This document shows positions 44,500 through 58,688 of a stretch of 64,000 nt of DNA, in pieces. The stretch's first letter is position 1, and each line of letters starts with the position of its first letter. The position numbers and the translations under genes were made by a program. A model generated the notes under the pieces. The model was not told the DNA's origin. It did no database searches and was given only the letters and a program-made list of their open reading frames with translations. This DNA comes from Paraspadella gotoi (lineage: Eukaryota; Animalia; Chaetognatha): positions 22,837,022 through 22,901,021 of the forward strand of contig CM119265.1 of assembly GCA_051294375.1 (NCBI GenBank), read 5' to 3'.

Positions 44500-45050
44500 A
44501 AATCATATTTAAAAAAAACTCCGGGATAATAAATTAAAAACAAAAACATGGCTCATATCCTGATAATTTAAAGACTTACCTTGTGAAAATTGACTCGATG
44601 CTTGCATCATTGATGTTTGGACAAATACGATTCGTTGTACATTCAAATGCCAAAACTCTTGATTTGGAATTAAAGAAACTGTTTTAGCATTTTTTAAAAA
44701 AGAAGCTAACATGTCTGAAATCATAATCGCCAACTATATAGAACTCTCAGAGTATATTGAAACGCTGACAAAAATGATTTCAAAAATACTAGCTTGGAAT
44801 AATAACAAAAATATTATTTTTCGGTTGAACTTGAATGCTTAAAATAAATCAACTAAACAAATATCGATCAACAAGAGTATTGTCACATAATATTCAAATT
44901 ATTTTCATTGTAAATCTTCGAAATAAGAAAAATGAAAGTTGGTTGATTACCAATTCGGCTTGTCTTTCAATTTGAAGCTGTACTACTTTCAAAAATGCTG
45001 AAGCAAGGAATTCCAAAAAATCGATTACACAATAACTTCTACGACTCGAA
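44500..45050 (+). mobile_element. Decayed LINE (L1/Tx1-like) RT fragment
   Basis: Ordered, frameshifted motifs: KKTPG* (44512), ETVLAFFKK...ANY...IETLTKMISKILA, TRVLSHNIQII and KMLKQGIP. These match the LINE RT order KAPGPDG / I.KKG...NYRPISL..KI..KIL / GR.I.DNI / L...GIP. Confidence 0.5.
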
Positions 45051-45296
45051 CGTAAGACAGTGATTTGACTTAGGGTTATACTAGTAGGGAAGCGATTAAT
45101 TAAAACACCAAGTGGACTTAAAAGACTACTAATTGTGCACAAGAACAAGTAATGAAATATTTTTTGAAAGAAAAAAAATCTTTAAATATCATACATCGCT
45201 GGCCAGCATTTTAAAAAAGTAGTTCAACTTTCTAAAGAATTTGAAAATCGTCTATTCCCGCTTGAAAGTCTAAAAATAATTATATTCGCGACGCTT

Positions 45297-45302
45297 TTTA
45301 TT
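45297..45302 (-). terminator. Candidate polyadenylation signal (AATAAA) of TRBP/loqs
   Basis: Plus-strand TTTATT about 140 nt downstream of the TGA at 45443. Confidence 0.5.
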
Positions 45303-45442
45303 GACACTGAAAACCAACTCCCCGATGAACATCCCATAAATAAAAGCGGAGACGTAAAAAGTCGAAGACCAACTTTTCTCTAGCACCCTATCCCATCCCG
45401 CCCCTTCCCCTACAAGTCCCCCTTTCCTACCCTTCCGCCCGT

Positions 45443-47619
45443 TCAGCCGCGTTTGGTCATGATCTTCAAATACTGCAACGCGTTGTGGGCGGCGTTAGCA
45501 TGGGCATCTTCCTTGGAAGACCCGAGCCCGTGACACACAGCCACCGGCATCGTCGACAACTGGACGATGCATTGCTCCTGCCCGGCGATGGACACTTCGG
45601 GAAGGTCTACGTAAGTCACCTTAAGAAAAGAGGGTGACCGTTAGAAACAATGTCATCGAGAGATTGAAGAAATGTAACGACGTCAGTGGGTAGAGTCAAA
45701 CCTCGAAATTGTGTTCGTCGGCGATCTGACGCAAAATGTCGACAAAGTTGAGCCCGGGCGCGTTGAGGCTGCTGCCGTGCAGAGTCGACAGCGCTTTTCC
45801 GGGTTTGCTCTTGATGTTCTTGAAGAATTGCGTCACCGCCTTTCCGGTTTGGTTGTTAAGCGTCTGGATCTTTTTTCCGTCCTGAAATTTTTGAGAGAAG
45901 GGGGAAAGAAGAAGTCTGAACGAAAGATGTCTAAATTGTTTAAGGAATGGTGAAGTAACTGAATCTAGTAGGTCAAACCCACAAGAGTAAATTTGGATTG
46001 ATCGCCGACTTCACCTTGAGCATCGCCAGGTACGACGCTTCCACGGCAGAGTTGCCCTCGAAGTCTTCTCCTCCGTCCTGCTCCTCCAGCTTGGCCGCCT
46101 CAGATTCCAATTTCTTTAACATGTTGTACGCCGCCGCTCTGTGAGAAATAGGACTCGGGATGAGGCCCTCGCTAAAAAACTTTGGGTGTACTACGCAAAA
46201 GCTGGGGTATCGTTTGAAAAAAGAATCAGGAACCAAAAATGTATCAAGTTGCTCACTGGGGCGTCAGGTTCACTCCCTCAACCAGTCTGCAAAAATAAGT
46301 AACCAAAAAAAAAAAAGTTAACTAATAATAAATAACTTAACTTGTATCCTTAAAAATTGAAAGGAATTAGGGAATTTAGCGTGTTGCATTTACATAGACG
46401 AAATCATAAGTTAAATACCGTTTCGCAGTCTTTTTCGATTTTCCGATTCCCGTCTCTTTGAGTTTCCCCAAATTCACGATGCAGACGAACTCCCGACAGT
46501 GAGGGGGACCTGCTGCGGAAGGGTGGAAAGGGGGATGGGGGGGGGGTTCCGCGCGCGAGAAGGGGGCGGGAGGACAAGAGACTGTAAACGATTTAACTCT
46601 CAATGAGCGATGTGTCTTATAGGCGGACGAGGATCGGCCGGGCGCTGGACAGACCTTGCTCCGAAACGAACTCGTAGATGGGAGGGCGGAGCAGCTTCTT
46701 CTGCGTGAACTCTTGAAGGCCGCCGACGGGGTTGCCAGGGACATTGTCGTCGTCGGCCGAGTCGGGGATCTCGATCTTGGAGCACGCCTTGGCGAAGAAC
46801 TGCGGGGAGAGGGAGAGATGGGACGTTTAGTCAGAATTCCGAGCTAATGTAATGTCAATCATCAACAATCATCAAACTAGGTATTAAAAGACCGTGAAGC
46901 TTAACTAGACTTGCTCTTAACTTAAGGCGCCAGCTGTCGGGAGATGTCTCGCACCCCGGGAATCACACAAGCTTCCCCGTTGCCATAACAACCCCTTCAT
47001 TGGTCTTATATGATCTCCACAATCGCAACCTCAATGGCTGAACTTGAATTTAACCGCTAAACTGATCTCAACATCACTTCTCAAATCCCGGGTCCCAGGT
47101 TGCACCCATCCCACCAACCTGTGACATATCCTGGCCGGCGGCGGAGGCGACGACCTCCCTGATCTTCTCCAGCGCCTCCTGAGCCGCGCAGTGCTTGGCC
47201 TTCTTCTTGGAAGGGCCCTTCCCCGTGGCCACGATCTCGCCGACGACGACGCGGTAGACGAAGATGGGCTCGTGGACGGCGCCTTCGTTGGCGATCAGAT
47301 CGTAGGTAGGCGTCATCCCACGCTGAGCACAGAACTCCTGCAGCACCGAGATCGGCGTCTTCGTCGGCATCGAATGCGACATCACGGCCGCCGTCGCAGC
47401 CGCCGAAGCGGCAGCTCCGGCCGTGGACGGCGCTCCTGGGGCGCCTGCGATGGGCACGAGGGGGGAGGGGGGATTAGATGAGTTGATCGGACAAGAAGAG
47501 CGCGCATTCTTCGGTTCACTCTCGTTGAGGAAAAAATAGAGGCGCTTACCAGTGGGAACTACGCCGGGAACGGTCGGGACCGCGTGAACGGCGACGCCAT
47601 TGGCCGCGGTCTGCGTCAT
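45443..47619 (-). CDS. TARBP2: TRBP/PACT/loquacious-family Dicer partner with three dsRBDs (370 aa); exons 47619-47550, 47444-47119, 46799-46655, 46509-46419, 46138-46015, 45881-45702, 45619-45443
   Basis: All six introns are GT-AG with consistent phases. dsRBD1: KTPISVLQEF...EGAVHEPIF...GPSKKKAKH. dsRBD2: GNPVGGLQEF...GPPHCREF...GKSKKTAKRAAA. Type-B dsRBD3: FEVTYVD...QCIVQLSTMPVAVCHG...AAHNALQYLKIMTK. Confidence 0.96.
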
Positions 47620-49151
47620 GACGTCGTTGGGAGTGGAGATGGAGACTGCGGATATTTCAAGTTATATTTAGAAGTTTCTTTTTTAGTATATAAAACGAAA
47701 ATTGTTTCTTAGTTGTCGTTTCCGAGCTTTAGTAAATAACGATAAATGTATTTTTTTCGACAGTTTCCTTTTTTTAAGTAGCTTCCTTTCTTTCGCTCAA
47801 CCAAACGGAACACGTTGCGGCCTGGCAAGAGGAGCAGAGATCCTGGAGAAAATAACAATATTAAAATAAAATTGCAACAAGAATATAAAAAAATATGTTT
47901 GGTTTCACAACAGAAAAAGAGCAACGATAACGGGAAGAAGGGAACCTTATGTTAATGTCAAATTAGATGGACGTGCAAAGAGAAAAAAATCTGGAATGCA
48001 GAATGCAGAATCGAGCATAAATTTATTATAATGAAAACGGAAAAAGGACTGCAGAGTCCGCTGCTTGTTCCACTCTGGAAAAAAATGAACAAATGGCTAA
48101 CTAATTTTCGGCCCTGATTTTTATAAATATAATGAATAAATTCAACTGAATTCGTTCTATTAAAATTAATAAAATAAAAATTAACATAGTGCATGAAGTA
48201 AAAAAAATTCGTTAAATCATTGATTTCCGGTGATTAATTTGGGCGTTCAAAATAGCAATTTTTTGACGGTGCGAAACCACGGGTCCCTTTTAAGGAGAAC
48301 GAGAGTATTTTTTTACGCAAAAACCTGACCCTAACTTCGCGATGCTGTTGTAAGATTATAACAGAGAAGTCGCTCGATGGTTTGGCAGGTCCAATGGTCC
48401 ACGTCTTGATCTCCTCGGTCCACTATTTCTCCGAGGCTATTATAAGCAGCTACATACTTTAAAACTAATTGAAGGTGCAGTTATTGAACGCTAAAGCTTA
48501 AGCTCCGAGTGACATTGGAGGGGAGGATTATTTGCAATAACACTAGGACCTCATCAAACGTCCGTCCTTATTTCATCTCTTTTATTTATTTATTTTTTTT
48601 TACCTTTTAAAATTTAATCTACCGCATTTCGCCTCTGAGTCGGTATTAAACTTAAGAAAATTAACTTAATCTCTCACAATCTCTCACAATCTCTCCGACC
48701 GAAATCTCGACACTTCCATTCCGTGAACCCGCAGCGTCACGTTAAAGGCGTTTCAAGGTTTAAAATTCGTCCAACTGTTGAACGAATGATGGAAAAGTTT
48801 CCTGTTTTCAAAAAAAAGGAAATTTTTGAGTCTCGTTGTCATAAAGGAAAATGATTCGGAAATTTCGATGCTAATCTTGACCCGAGGCGGATCGGGTGCG
48901 ACAGTGACAGAACTTTTCAATACCGCCGGTTAAAAAATCAACCAAAAAGAATTTAGGGCAAAATGTACCCCAATCTTTCACTCGTTCGAATTTGAAAAAG
49001 TTTTTTTTTTCAAAACTCGGAAACGTGGATTAGAAATAAGTTTTTTTTCTTTTTTTTTTCTAAAAATATCTTTGTAAATGGAAGGACAAAGATAAATAGA
49101 AAAGGGAGCAAGGGTAGAAACGAAACGGAGAGAAAGAGAGAGAGAAAGAAG

Positions 49152-49209
<58 letters not shown>

Positions 49210-49542
49210 AGTAACCTAGCATGTTCTCTCTCTTTTTGAAAGTGGCCACGTTTTTAAATTTCATAAAAAAATATAAAAGAATCCAGTCACCTCATCTCAC
49301 TGGTATGATTAATGATGCTGCGAATGAACCTCATGTTTTTAACGACTTTATGATGAATTTGACACGGAATTTGACGTTTGATCGCGTTCCCGACCGACAG
49401 GAGGCCATAAAACAAAGAAGATCGCTCCTTCGAAAAAAAAAAAAAAAAACAAACAAAGTGCGACTCTTTTTTCATCTCTTTTTCTTTTTTTTAATTCTGA
49501 CCTTGATTCGTGGTTGAACGGGATGGAATGAGGTGTGAGCCG

Positions 49543-49624
<82 letters not shown>

Positions 49625-50879
49625 GGAGGGGAGAGAGAGAGGAGAAGAGAAATTGTCTCAATTAGCTGTAAAAACGTGCTGGGATTTTTATCATGCCGTA
49701 AATTGCGTTGGTAAGGCGTGCCGAGGCTCGAGCTGTACTTCCACGTTCAGAAAATATTGAAACCACCCACGCCCAAAAGGATTCGTCAGACAAAAGCTTG
49801 TACGTAATCGTTTCAGTTTTAGAGCAAACGGTTAGTTATAACCAAATAACGAACCAAGTACAGATTTATCTAACATATTTTAAAAGAATACAAGGAGATA
49901 TAATGTATAATCATTAATAAACAAAAAAAAAAAAAATGAACGTAGAATGGTAGCTTCGTATTATAAATGGAGAATCGCTAACGAGATTCCTTTCCTTAGT
50001 TAATCAGATTAAAGACTTCAAATATTTCACTGGGTCGGGTTCAATTAAGGGACACACCGGCTTTGCCGCATGCGTTTGGATCGTTTAAGAATTCCCGATT
50101 GCGATTCCCATGCCATGCAAAAGCGATTAATATAACCTCCTCGCTGTAATTTTCTTATAATGCGTCCAAGTCCTTATAATTATATAAAAGTAAATGAATT
50201 ATTATTTACTCTCTTAGCGTTTGAAACTCGATATTTACGACGCTGTTAATTTTATTCAAAAGGTGAAAACGAATTAATGCGCTAGATCTCTCTTTCTCTC
50301 CCACTTTTCCTCTATTATAAAATTTACAAATTAATTAAAGTTTGAGGAAAAATAATAGAATTATTTCGCTTGATAAAAGCCACGTGCTACTTTCTGCATC
50401 ACTCAGTCATAATTCCAACCGGGTTTGAACTTCTCCCCTTTAAAATTGTTATATATATCTTTTCAACTCCTCATTTCATCGTCTCTTCGTCTACGAACTT
50501 CATTCGTTTCTTATGTTTTCGATCATCTCCTCTTTCTCGCACATCCTTACCTGCTTATCTCCTTCCCTCCTTACTCATTACCTTATCCCAACCTAATCTC
50601 TTAATCTCCTCGCCACATATCATCATCTTCTCATGTCTTTATTTCCTCATTTACTTACACCATTCCAACCTCATCTCTTCATCTTTTTTCAACTTCATTT
50701 TCTCATCTCCTCGTCTCTCTCCAACCTCATCTAATCGCTTTCCCTACGTCATCTCCTCACCTTATCTTATTTCAGCATTCCATCCTCATCTCCTCATTTC
50801 TTCTTCTTCTTCTTCTTCTTCTTGTTCTTCTTCTTCCTCTAAATTTCTTTTCTCGAGTCGTTGGTGGCTGATCTCATAG

Positions 50880-51122
50880 CAGACGACGAGTTTTGGCGGC
50901 GACTATATTTGTGGATAAGGCTCTAAGTGAGCTGAAGACTAATATCTGTAACTTCTATGTCCCCTCAGCAGTCATGGAAGGGGACCTGGGCTTGGAGGCT
51001 GGCTTGACGGTTTTCCAGGCCCCAAGGCGGCTTACGGCCGGACTCACGCTTCCCGCAGGTTCAATCCCAACCCGGTACCTAGTGGACATTAGGTGATGGC
51101 TTTACTCAATGAGCCACCGGGT
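50880..51122 (-). mobile_element. tRNA-derived SINE-like element (copy B)
   Basis: Shares AACCCGGTACC and GGCTTTACTCAATGAGCCAC with 24701-24750. The body motif GACCTGGGCTTGGA (about 50983) also resembles the sequence at about 26244. Confidence 0.55.
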
Positions 51123-52091
51123 CATGACTGAAGGTATCATGCTAATAGGCGGGGTGAACAACTGCAATGCCCGACTACATATTATTGTTTCTAGTCCTCG
51201 TGTTTTGGCCAGGTATTAGGTTTGTTCGCCAGTTTGGGGGGGGGGATTATTTCGACGCTTAATAGGCTGGAATTGTTTTAATTCCCGAAAACATACAATT
51301 CCCTCAAAGACTCTCTGTTAAAGTACTAACCTGCGCAGTGTGCATTCGATATCTTCAGAACATACATTTATAATCTTTTGTCATGTATGATAGTATTTTT
51401 CTTATATTTTCGTCTGTTTATTTATTTGCATTTCAATTTTTGTTTAAAAAAACAATTTTGTTCAGTTACACTTATTATTTTATTTTTTTTTATAGCTCTA
51501 GTAAGTAGTAAAGGATCCTAAATAATAACTTGTACAAAATCCCTGTGTAAAACATGAAAAGTCTCGCGCTTCCGACATCTCGCCCTTGTTGTCACGGGCC
51601 CGAGTTCGATCTGCTCTCAGCCATTCCCACCCCCCCCCCGAAACATCCCCGTCCTTCCCCCCCACGACGCCCCCCTTACTCGCACCCCCTGCGTTTTGTA
51701 AAAAAAAAAAAATTGGTCCGTGTCATTGTGACTCAACTTCATCTGAAGAAGAAAGAAAAAAAAATTGTAGAGAGAAAAAAAAATTATTAACAAAGAAACA
51801 AAAGAGAAAAAAAAAGTTGGTGAAAAAAAGAAAAAAAAATTGGAGGGACGGAAAATGTTGGAGCGTCACGAACGGGCGGGTCCCTCTGTCGGGGAGTCGG
51901 CGCGATCGGGGAGAGGGGGAAAGGAAAAAAAAAAGAACAATGAAGAGTCAGAGAGAGAGAGCAGAGAGAGAGAGAGACAGAGAGCGCAGGGAAAAAAAAT
52001 CACAGCTTGATCTCTATTTTTTTCTGAGCAAAGTGGAAAAAAAAAGAGGAGAGAGCTTATGTGGAACGAGAAGGGAAAAAAACGCGCGCAT

Positions 52092-52130
<39 letters not shown>

Positions 52131-52562
52131 AGAGAGAGTAAGAGAGCGGAAAGAGAAAACCTGATAACAGGTGGCGCTTTAGTGTCACGTGGTCTGTGTT
52201 TACGCCACATCGCCCGAGGGGTGGGGAAAAGAGGAAGGGGGAGGGGAAGGGTAAAGCGGGGAAGAGGGGAAGGGATTAAGAGTGAGGGAAAGTCGCTGTG
52301 ACCCGAGACGGAATCGGAGAAAAGGAAGACGCGTTGAGTCAATCGCAGACTCACTCAATCCCAAAAACCAATCAACTTGTTTCCCTTCTTTTAAACTTCT
52401 GGTAACGTTCAGCATCATTCTGGCTCCCGACCAACTGTGGAAAGTGACTCCGAATTTCGTTGTCAAAACAACAGTTTTCATTGCGTCAGATTACGTGAAA
52501 CTCAGTATTAAACTAAAAGAATCGAACGAAGATAAAAGTTGAATTCATAATGTTGATGACTT

Positions 52563-52675
<113 letters not shown>

Positions 52676-52746
52676 CTCTTGTATTAATAAAGGCATTAAA
52701 AACTCAACGATGTCGTTGACGTCGTCGAGTTCGTCATGGTGGTGGT

Positions 52747-52781
<35 letters not shown>

Positions 52782-52889
52782 TCGCGTTCCTTCGCCACGA
52801 ACTATGCGTACTATTAAGGTAATGTTTAATTGAAGCAGAAGGGAGAACTGAAGGATGATAAACACGAAACACACACACACACTCTCTCT

Positions 52890-52943
<54 letters not shown>

Positions 52944-54956
52944 GTGCAAATTGCTGAGATCGCTAAATTTTGTTTTCATTCTAACTCATCTTTCCCCGCC
53001 GTATCAAGCCTTTCATTATATTTAAAAGTTTTTAACTTTTTAAATTTTTCTTTATTCATAAATTTTTTTCTCTTAATGAGAAACGGAGGTTTCCTGGTCT
53101 CGACCGCTGGACACGACCGCCCATTAATTACTTTTTATCGTTTCTAATTATTTTTCTTTCTATAGAAAATTGTTTGGATTTTTCGTTAATCAATACCAAA
53201 AAAATATTGTTTGGATATTTCCTTAATTTTTGTGTTGCCTTAAACATCGGCCGCAGTTACCGTGTTTCAGTTACGGTATCACCAAACACTGAACAGTGAA
53301 CAGTCGTACCGTCGATGACACGATGTACTGTGATAGGATTCAGCTTAAAAAACTGTCAAATCAAACTGCGTCGGTATCTAATTTAGTTTTATTTTCGTAG
53401 ACATGGCAAGATAGTTGAATGTCAAATGTTGAACTCTGTTGATGTTTTCTTTTATTTAAATTTCGACGTCAAACATTTGAACTTTAAATGCGCAAAAAGG
53501 TCGTAGGAATTTTTAATTTTTATACAGTCAAACTGAACAACTTTTGAAAATATGGTGAAGATAAGAAGAAAAAAAATGTTATGGACATTAGCTTGGTTTT
53601 TGTCTTATTACTCACCACACGATCAGACTGTTTTAAATTAAGTAAATAACAATGTTCACTGTTGCTATTATTATCAGTCAAAGACGTCAACTCTCAAATT
53701 TTCGAAATTTCGAAAACCGAGGTTTTTTTTAATTTTATGTGTGAGTCTCTTTTCCGCTCATTTCCTTGCGGTCAATTTGAACTGCGTGCCCGCCATTTCT
53801 TCCTCTTCCTCTTCCTCTTCTTCCTTCTCTCCATCTTTTTCCCCCCAATTTTCCTCCTTTCTCTTTCTTTCCTCCACCGACGACAAAGATCGAACGAACA
53901 ACGACAACGACGACAACGACTTTAACTTTCGGATTTTTTTTTTCCCTTTCTTTTTATTTACTCTTTTTTTTCCGATGAGATTTTCTATTTTCTCCTTTTT
54001 TTTTTCGTTCGTTCGTCGTCCGTTTTAACTCCACCCGGTCGCCTCTGTCCTCGGATGTCGTCAACCTTCACCCCTGCGGAGCTCCTCCTCTTCCTCCTCC
54101 TCCTCCTCCTCCTCCTGCTCCTCGCCCTCCTACTCGTCGTTGTTATCATCATCGTTTCAGTTAGCGATGCGCCTTTCGACCCGAGAGTCCGAACCCCTCT
54201 TTTTCTTTTTCTTTTTCTTTTTCTTTTTCTTCTTTTTTTTTTCTTTCCGCGTCTTCGTCAACCTCGCTCTTTTTTTCGACGCTGTCTCGCTCTCTGTCGC
54301 ACAAATCGCGCGATTTTCTGTATTGTGGTTTTTGCTTTTCGTTTCGAGACGGAAGACGTTTTTTCGGGCAGGGGGAGAGCGAGAGAGAGACAGAGAGAGA
54401 GACTCACAAAGTTTTTGGTTTCGGTTTTCACGTTCCGCGCGAAAAGACGAAAAAGTTTGACTTTCTCACTTTTTGATCTTCCGCTCGTCCGTCAAAAAAG
54501 TTTGGGTCCCGTAAAAAATAAGAAAAATATTCAAAAGAAACGGAAAATAATTTTTTTTTCGGTTTTTAGGTGTCATTACTGTTTGCAAGTGGACAAAATC
54601 ATGCAGGTATATACTAAAACTGTTAAATTTTAACCAAATTCTACGCGTTTTCGGGCTTACATTAAGCAAAAAAGTTTTAATCAAAGAAAAATTCGGGTAT
54701 TCATAGATTTAAATTTTCACCTATGACTAAGAATTTTTTAGAACAGTTTTCTAATTAGAATTTGTTAGCATTCCTTTTATATGTTTAAAAAACGATAAGT
54801 GCCATAAAAAAGAAGATAATATAAAATACAAAAAGAGACTAAAAACAGAGACAAAAAACTCGAAAAACTGAAGCGAGAAAAAAGTTGAAAACCAGAATCA
54901 AAACAAATTTCGTTAAATCGACCAAAAGAGAAGACGACGAAAACTAAAATTAAAAG

Positions 54957-55076
<120 letters not shown>

Positions 55077-55747
55077 TCCCTCCCCTTAACAGGGATAAAA
55101 CTGGATTCATGCTACGTCGTTATGTTATGTCATGTCACGCTTGGCTTCCCAACTTCCTAATTTTTTGTAAAATAAGCGAACGTAAAAAAAAAAAAAGGAA
55201 AAAGAGAAAAAGAATAAAATCCTTTTTTTTTCAAAATATACCGTCGCGCAACTCAGACAACACACCTTGAAAAAAAAAAGCGAAAAAAAGTTAACAGATC
55301 CATTCCACAACCAGTGTGCCGGAAAATCCACAACTTGAGAGGCTAAAATCAACATTCTGTTCACGCTCCTCCAAGCTGTGCATTTTCTGGGAGCCTGGGA
55401 CCAAAATTGTCTTCGAGATCTGAACGGAATCGATCGATCGATCGATCAAGCGTCGAGGATCGAATCAATCAATTATTTCGTGACAAACTATTTTCTTTCT
55501 AATTCGTCATTGTATTAAATATATCTATTGTATTTAAGAGTATTCAATACGTTTGTATTTTATTCTCGTATGCTTTCACGGTTATTATCTATTTATTTCT
55601 TTTGTTTATGATCATTATTGTTCCTTTCAAATTTGTTCCTTCCTCGGATCGTTTTAATTAAAATCTCTTTATATAATAGCAGCTGGTGGCAAAAGGCTCG
55701 CTTTTCAAGTCGGGGAAAAAAAAGGATGAGTGAAATTGAAAAAAAAA

Positions 55748-56321
55748 CCTATAAGTGTAGTTAGTATTAATTTCGAATTCCAATTAATCCGCAAATTATA
55801 ATCATTTACGAATGTATTAAAATTATATAAATTTCATATTTTGATAATTTACACAAAAAGAGGAATAAGGCGTAATTAAAAATACAAGAGCTATCTAAGG
55901 CTACTTATTGGACGAAATTAGATAGATAAAAACTTGTCATATAAGTAACAAGGCTGTCAAAGCGATTCTTAATTTATGGAGGTGGTGAGTTGTGAATTTG
56001 GTTAATTTGTGAGGAATGTCGCTCTGTTTCTCTTCCCAGAAGAAGAGAGGGAGAGAGAGAGAGAGACGAGAGAGAGATCGAAGAAAGAGAGAGAGAGAAG
56101 AAACAGAGAGGAAGGAAGAAGACCGCCGAGGGTCCTTCCCAAAAGATTCCCATTTTGTTTATTTTAAAAGAAGAGAATAAAAAAATACAAAAAAAGATTG
56201 GTCTTTAACCCTTAAATCGTCATATTTTTCGAACTGATCCTTGGTCTCCCCTCAGTAAAAAACCATAATGGTTAGAAATGGGCTCGTACAACACTTGGCG
56301 TTCCATTGAGACATGGGCCAA

Positions 56322-56362
<41 letters not shown>

Positions 56363-57601
56363 AAGAGAGAGACGAAAGAGAGAAGAGAGAGAGAGAGAAG
56401 AAGAGAGAGAGAGAGGATGAATGTGAATAACGTAGACAAGATTAATTATTACTTGGCGGATGTGCGTAAACTTACCCGACTGGTCGCGCGGGAAAGAAAG
56501 AAAGAAAAAAGAAAGAAAGGAAAAAAAGAAAAAAGGAAAAGAAAGAAAAAAGAAGAACAAAAGAAAGATATACAGAAAGAGAAACTGGCCGACGAGGAAA
56601 TTGAAGCTTACCGTTCTTTCGTAAAATGGGATCTGACTACCTGTCTACTAATAGTTTTTGTCGTTGTCGAATTCCATCGTCTATTGTTCTTCGACGAAAA
56701 ACCAAAAACTAAAAAAAAAAGAAAAAAAAAATTCTGGTCGACGAATTCGATCAAAATCTCGAACCAGTTTTTCCTCTATCAAAAATCGGTGCGACTTTTC
56801 TAAAGTTTTCGGTGAGCCGGGATCGGAGACGGGATCGGATGGTGCGTCTAGAGGATCGGGGACCGGGATCGGGACCGGGGAGATCGAGAGATCTGAAATC
56901 GGAGAGAACCGCGATTGCGATCGAGGATCGGTCAGATTGATGGGGTCAGTATGTGTCGCGTGGAAATTTAAGGAGAAGTGGAAAGAAGGAAGGGTGTTGC
57001 GTTGAAGCAGAAGGAGGTTGCGTGAAGAAATCGAAGTGTGTGGTAAAAAGAAAAAAGTGTTGAGGAAAAAAGCTAAACTATTCGGGAGCAGGAAGATGGG
57101 AGCGTTGGTGTTGGAGTGGTTGCGCTGTTGGGTTGTTGGGTTGGTTGGGTGGTAAGAAGCAAAAGATTTGAAGCGGAGGGAACAAGAATGTGACCTCATG
57201 TTTTAGTTGGAGGATAGGAGTGAGAGAGTAGGAAATGAGGGAGTGAGAGCGTGAGAGTGAGGAATGAGGAGTAGTGAGAGAGTGAAGCAGTTGAGAGTTG
57301 AGAGTGAGGAGAGTGAGAATGAGAGAGTGGAATGAGGATGAAGAGAGTGATGAGTCGAGGGAGTGAGGAATTGACGAGAGTGAGGGAGTGAGAGATGGGG
57401 AATGAGGAGTGGAGAGATGAGGAGTGAGGTTCTCCATCACTAAAGGTATCGAAAATCGATTTTTTTCAATATTCCTTTCGGGGAAAAAAAAAACATAACA
57501 TGTGAGAAGAACAAGAAAAAAATAAAGGAATGGCTGTGTTTTAAATATTTTGTCGACAAGACGAGCGTTTAGAAATTTCTTCCAAACTCTTTTCACGTTT
57601 T

Positions 57602-57669
<68 letters not shown>

Positions 57670-57764
57670 CTCTCTATCTCTCTCTTCTCTCTATCCTCTC
57701 TCTCTCTCCTATCCTTTCCCAAAAATGCCTTACCTGCGTNNNNNNNNNNNNNNNNNNNNNNNNN

Positions 57765-57799
<35 letters not shown>

Positions 57800-58644
57800 A
57801 AAACCGTGAAAAGAGTTTGGAAGAAATTCTAAACCTCGTCTGTCCGACTAAAACTATTTAAAAACACAGCATTCCCCCTTTTATTTTTTTCCTTGTTCTT
57901 CTCACTGTTTATTTTTTTTTCTTCCCCGAAAGAATATTGAAAAAAATCGACTTTTCGATTACCTTTAGTGACGGAGAACCCTCACTCCCTCACTCTCCCA
58001 CTCCCTCATTCCCCACTCTCTCACTCCCTCACTCTCTCATTCCCTCACTCCCTCACTCCCTATAAGTGTAGTTAGTTATTAATTTCGAAATCAATTTAAT
58101 CCGCAGAGATTATTAATCATTTACGAATGTATTAAAAAATTTATTATAAATTTCATATTTTTGATAAATTTACATCAAAAAGGAATAAGGCGTAATTAAA
58201 AATACAAGAGCTATTAGGTACTTATTGGACGAAATTAGATAGATAAATTGTCATATAAGTAACAACTTCAAAGGATTCTTAATTTATGGAGGTGGTGAGT
58301 TTGTGAATTTGTTAATTTGTGGAAGGAATGGTCGGCTCTGTTCTCTTCCCAGAGAGAAGAGAGGAGAGAGAGATGAGAGAGACGAGAGAGAGAGTGAAGA
58401 GATAGAGAGAGAGAGAAGAAACAGAGAGAAGGAAGAGACCGGAGCCGAGGGTCCCAAAAAGATTCCCATTTTGTTTATTTTCAAAGCGAAGAGAATAAAA
58501 AAATTACAAAAAAAGATTTTGGATCTTTAACCCTTAAATCGTCATATTTTTTCGAACTGTCCTTTGGTCTCCCCCTCAGAAAAAACCATATGGTTAAGAA
58601 ATGGCTCGTACAACACTTGGCGATTCCATTGGAGACATGGGCCA

Positions 58645-58688
<44 letters not shown>

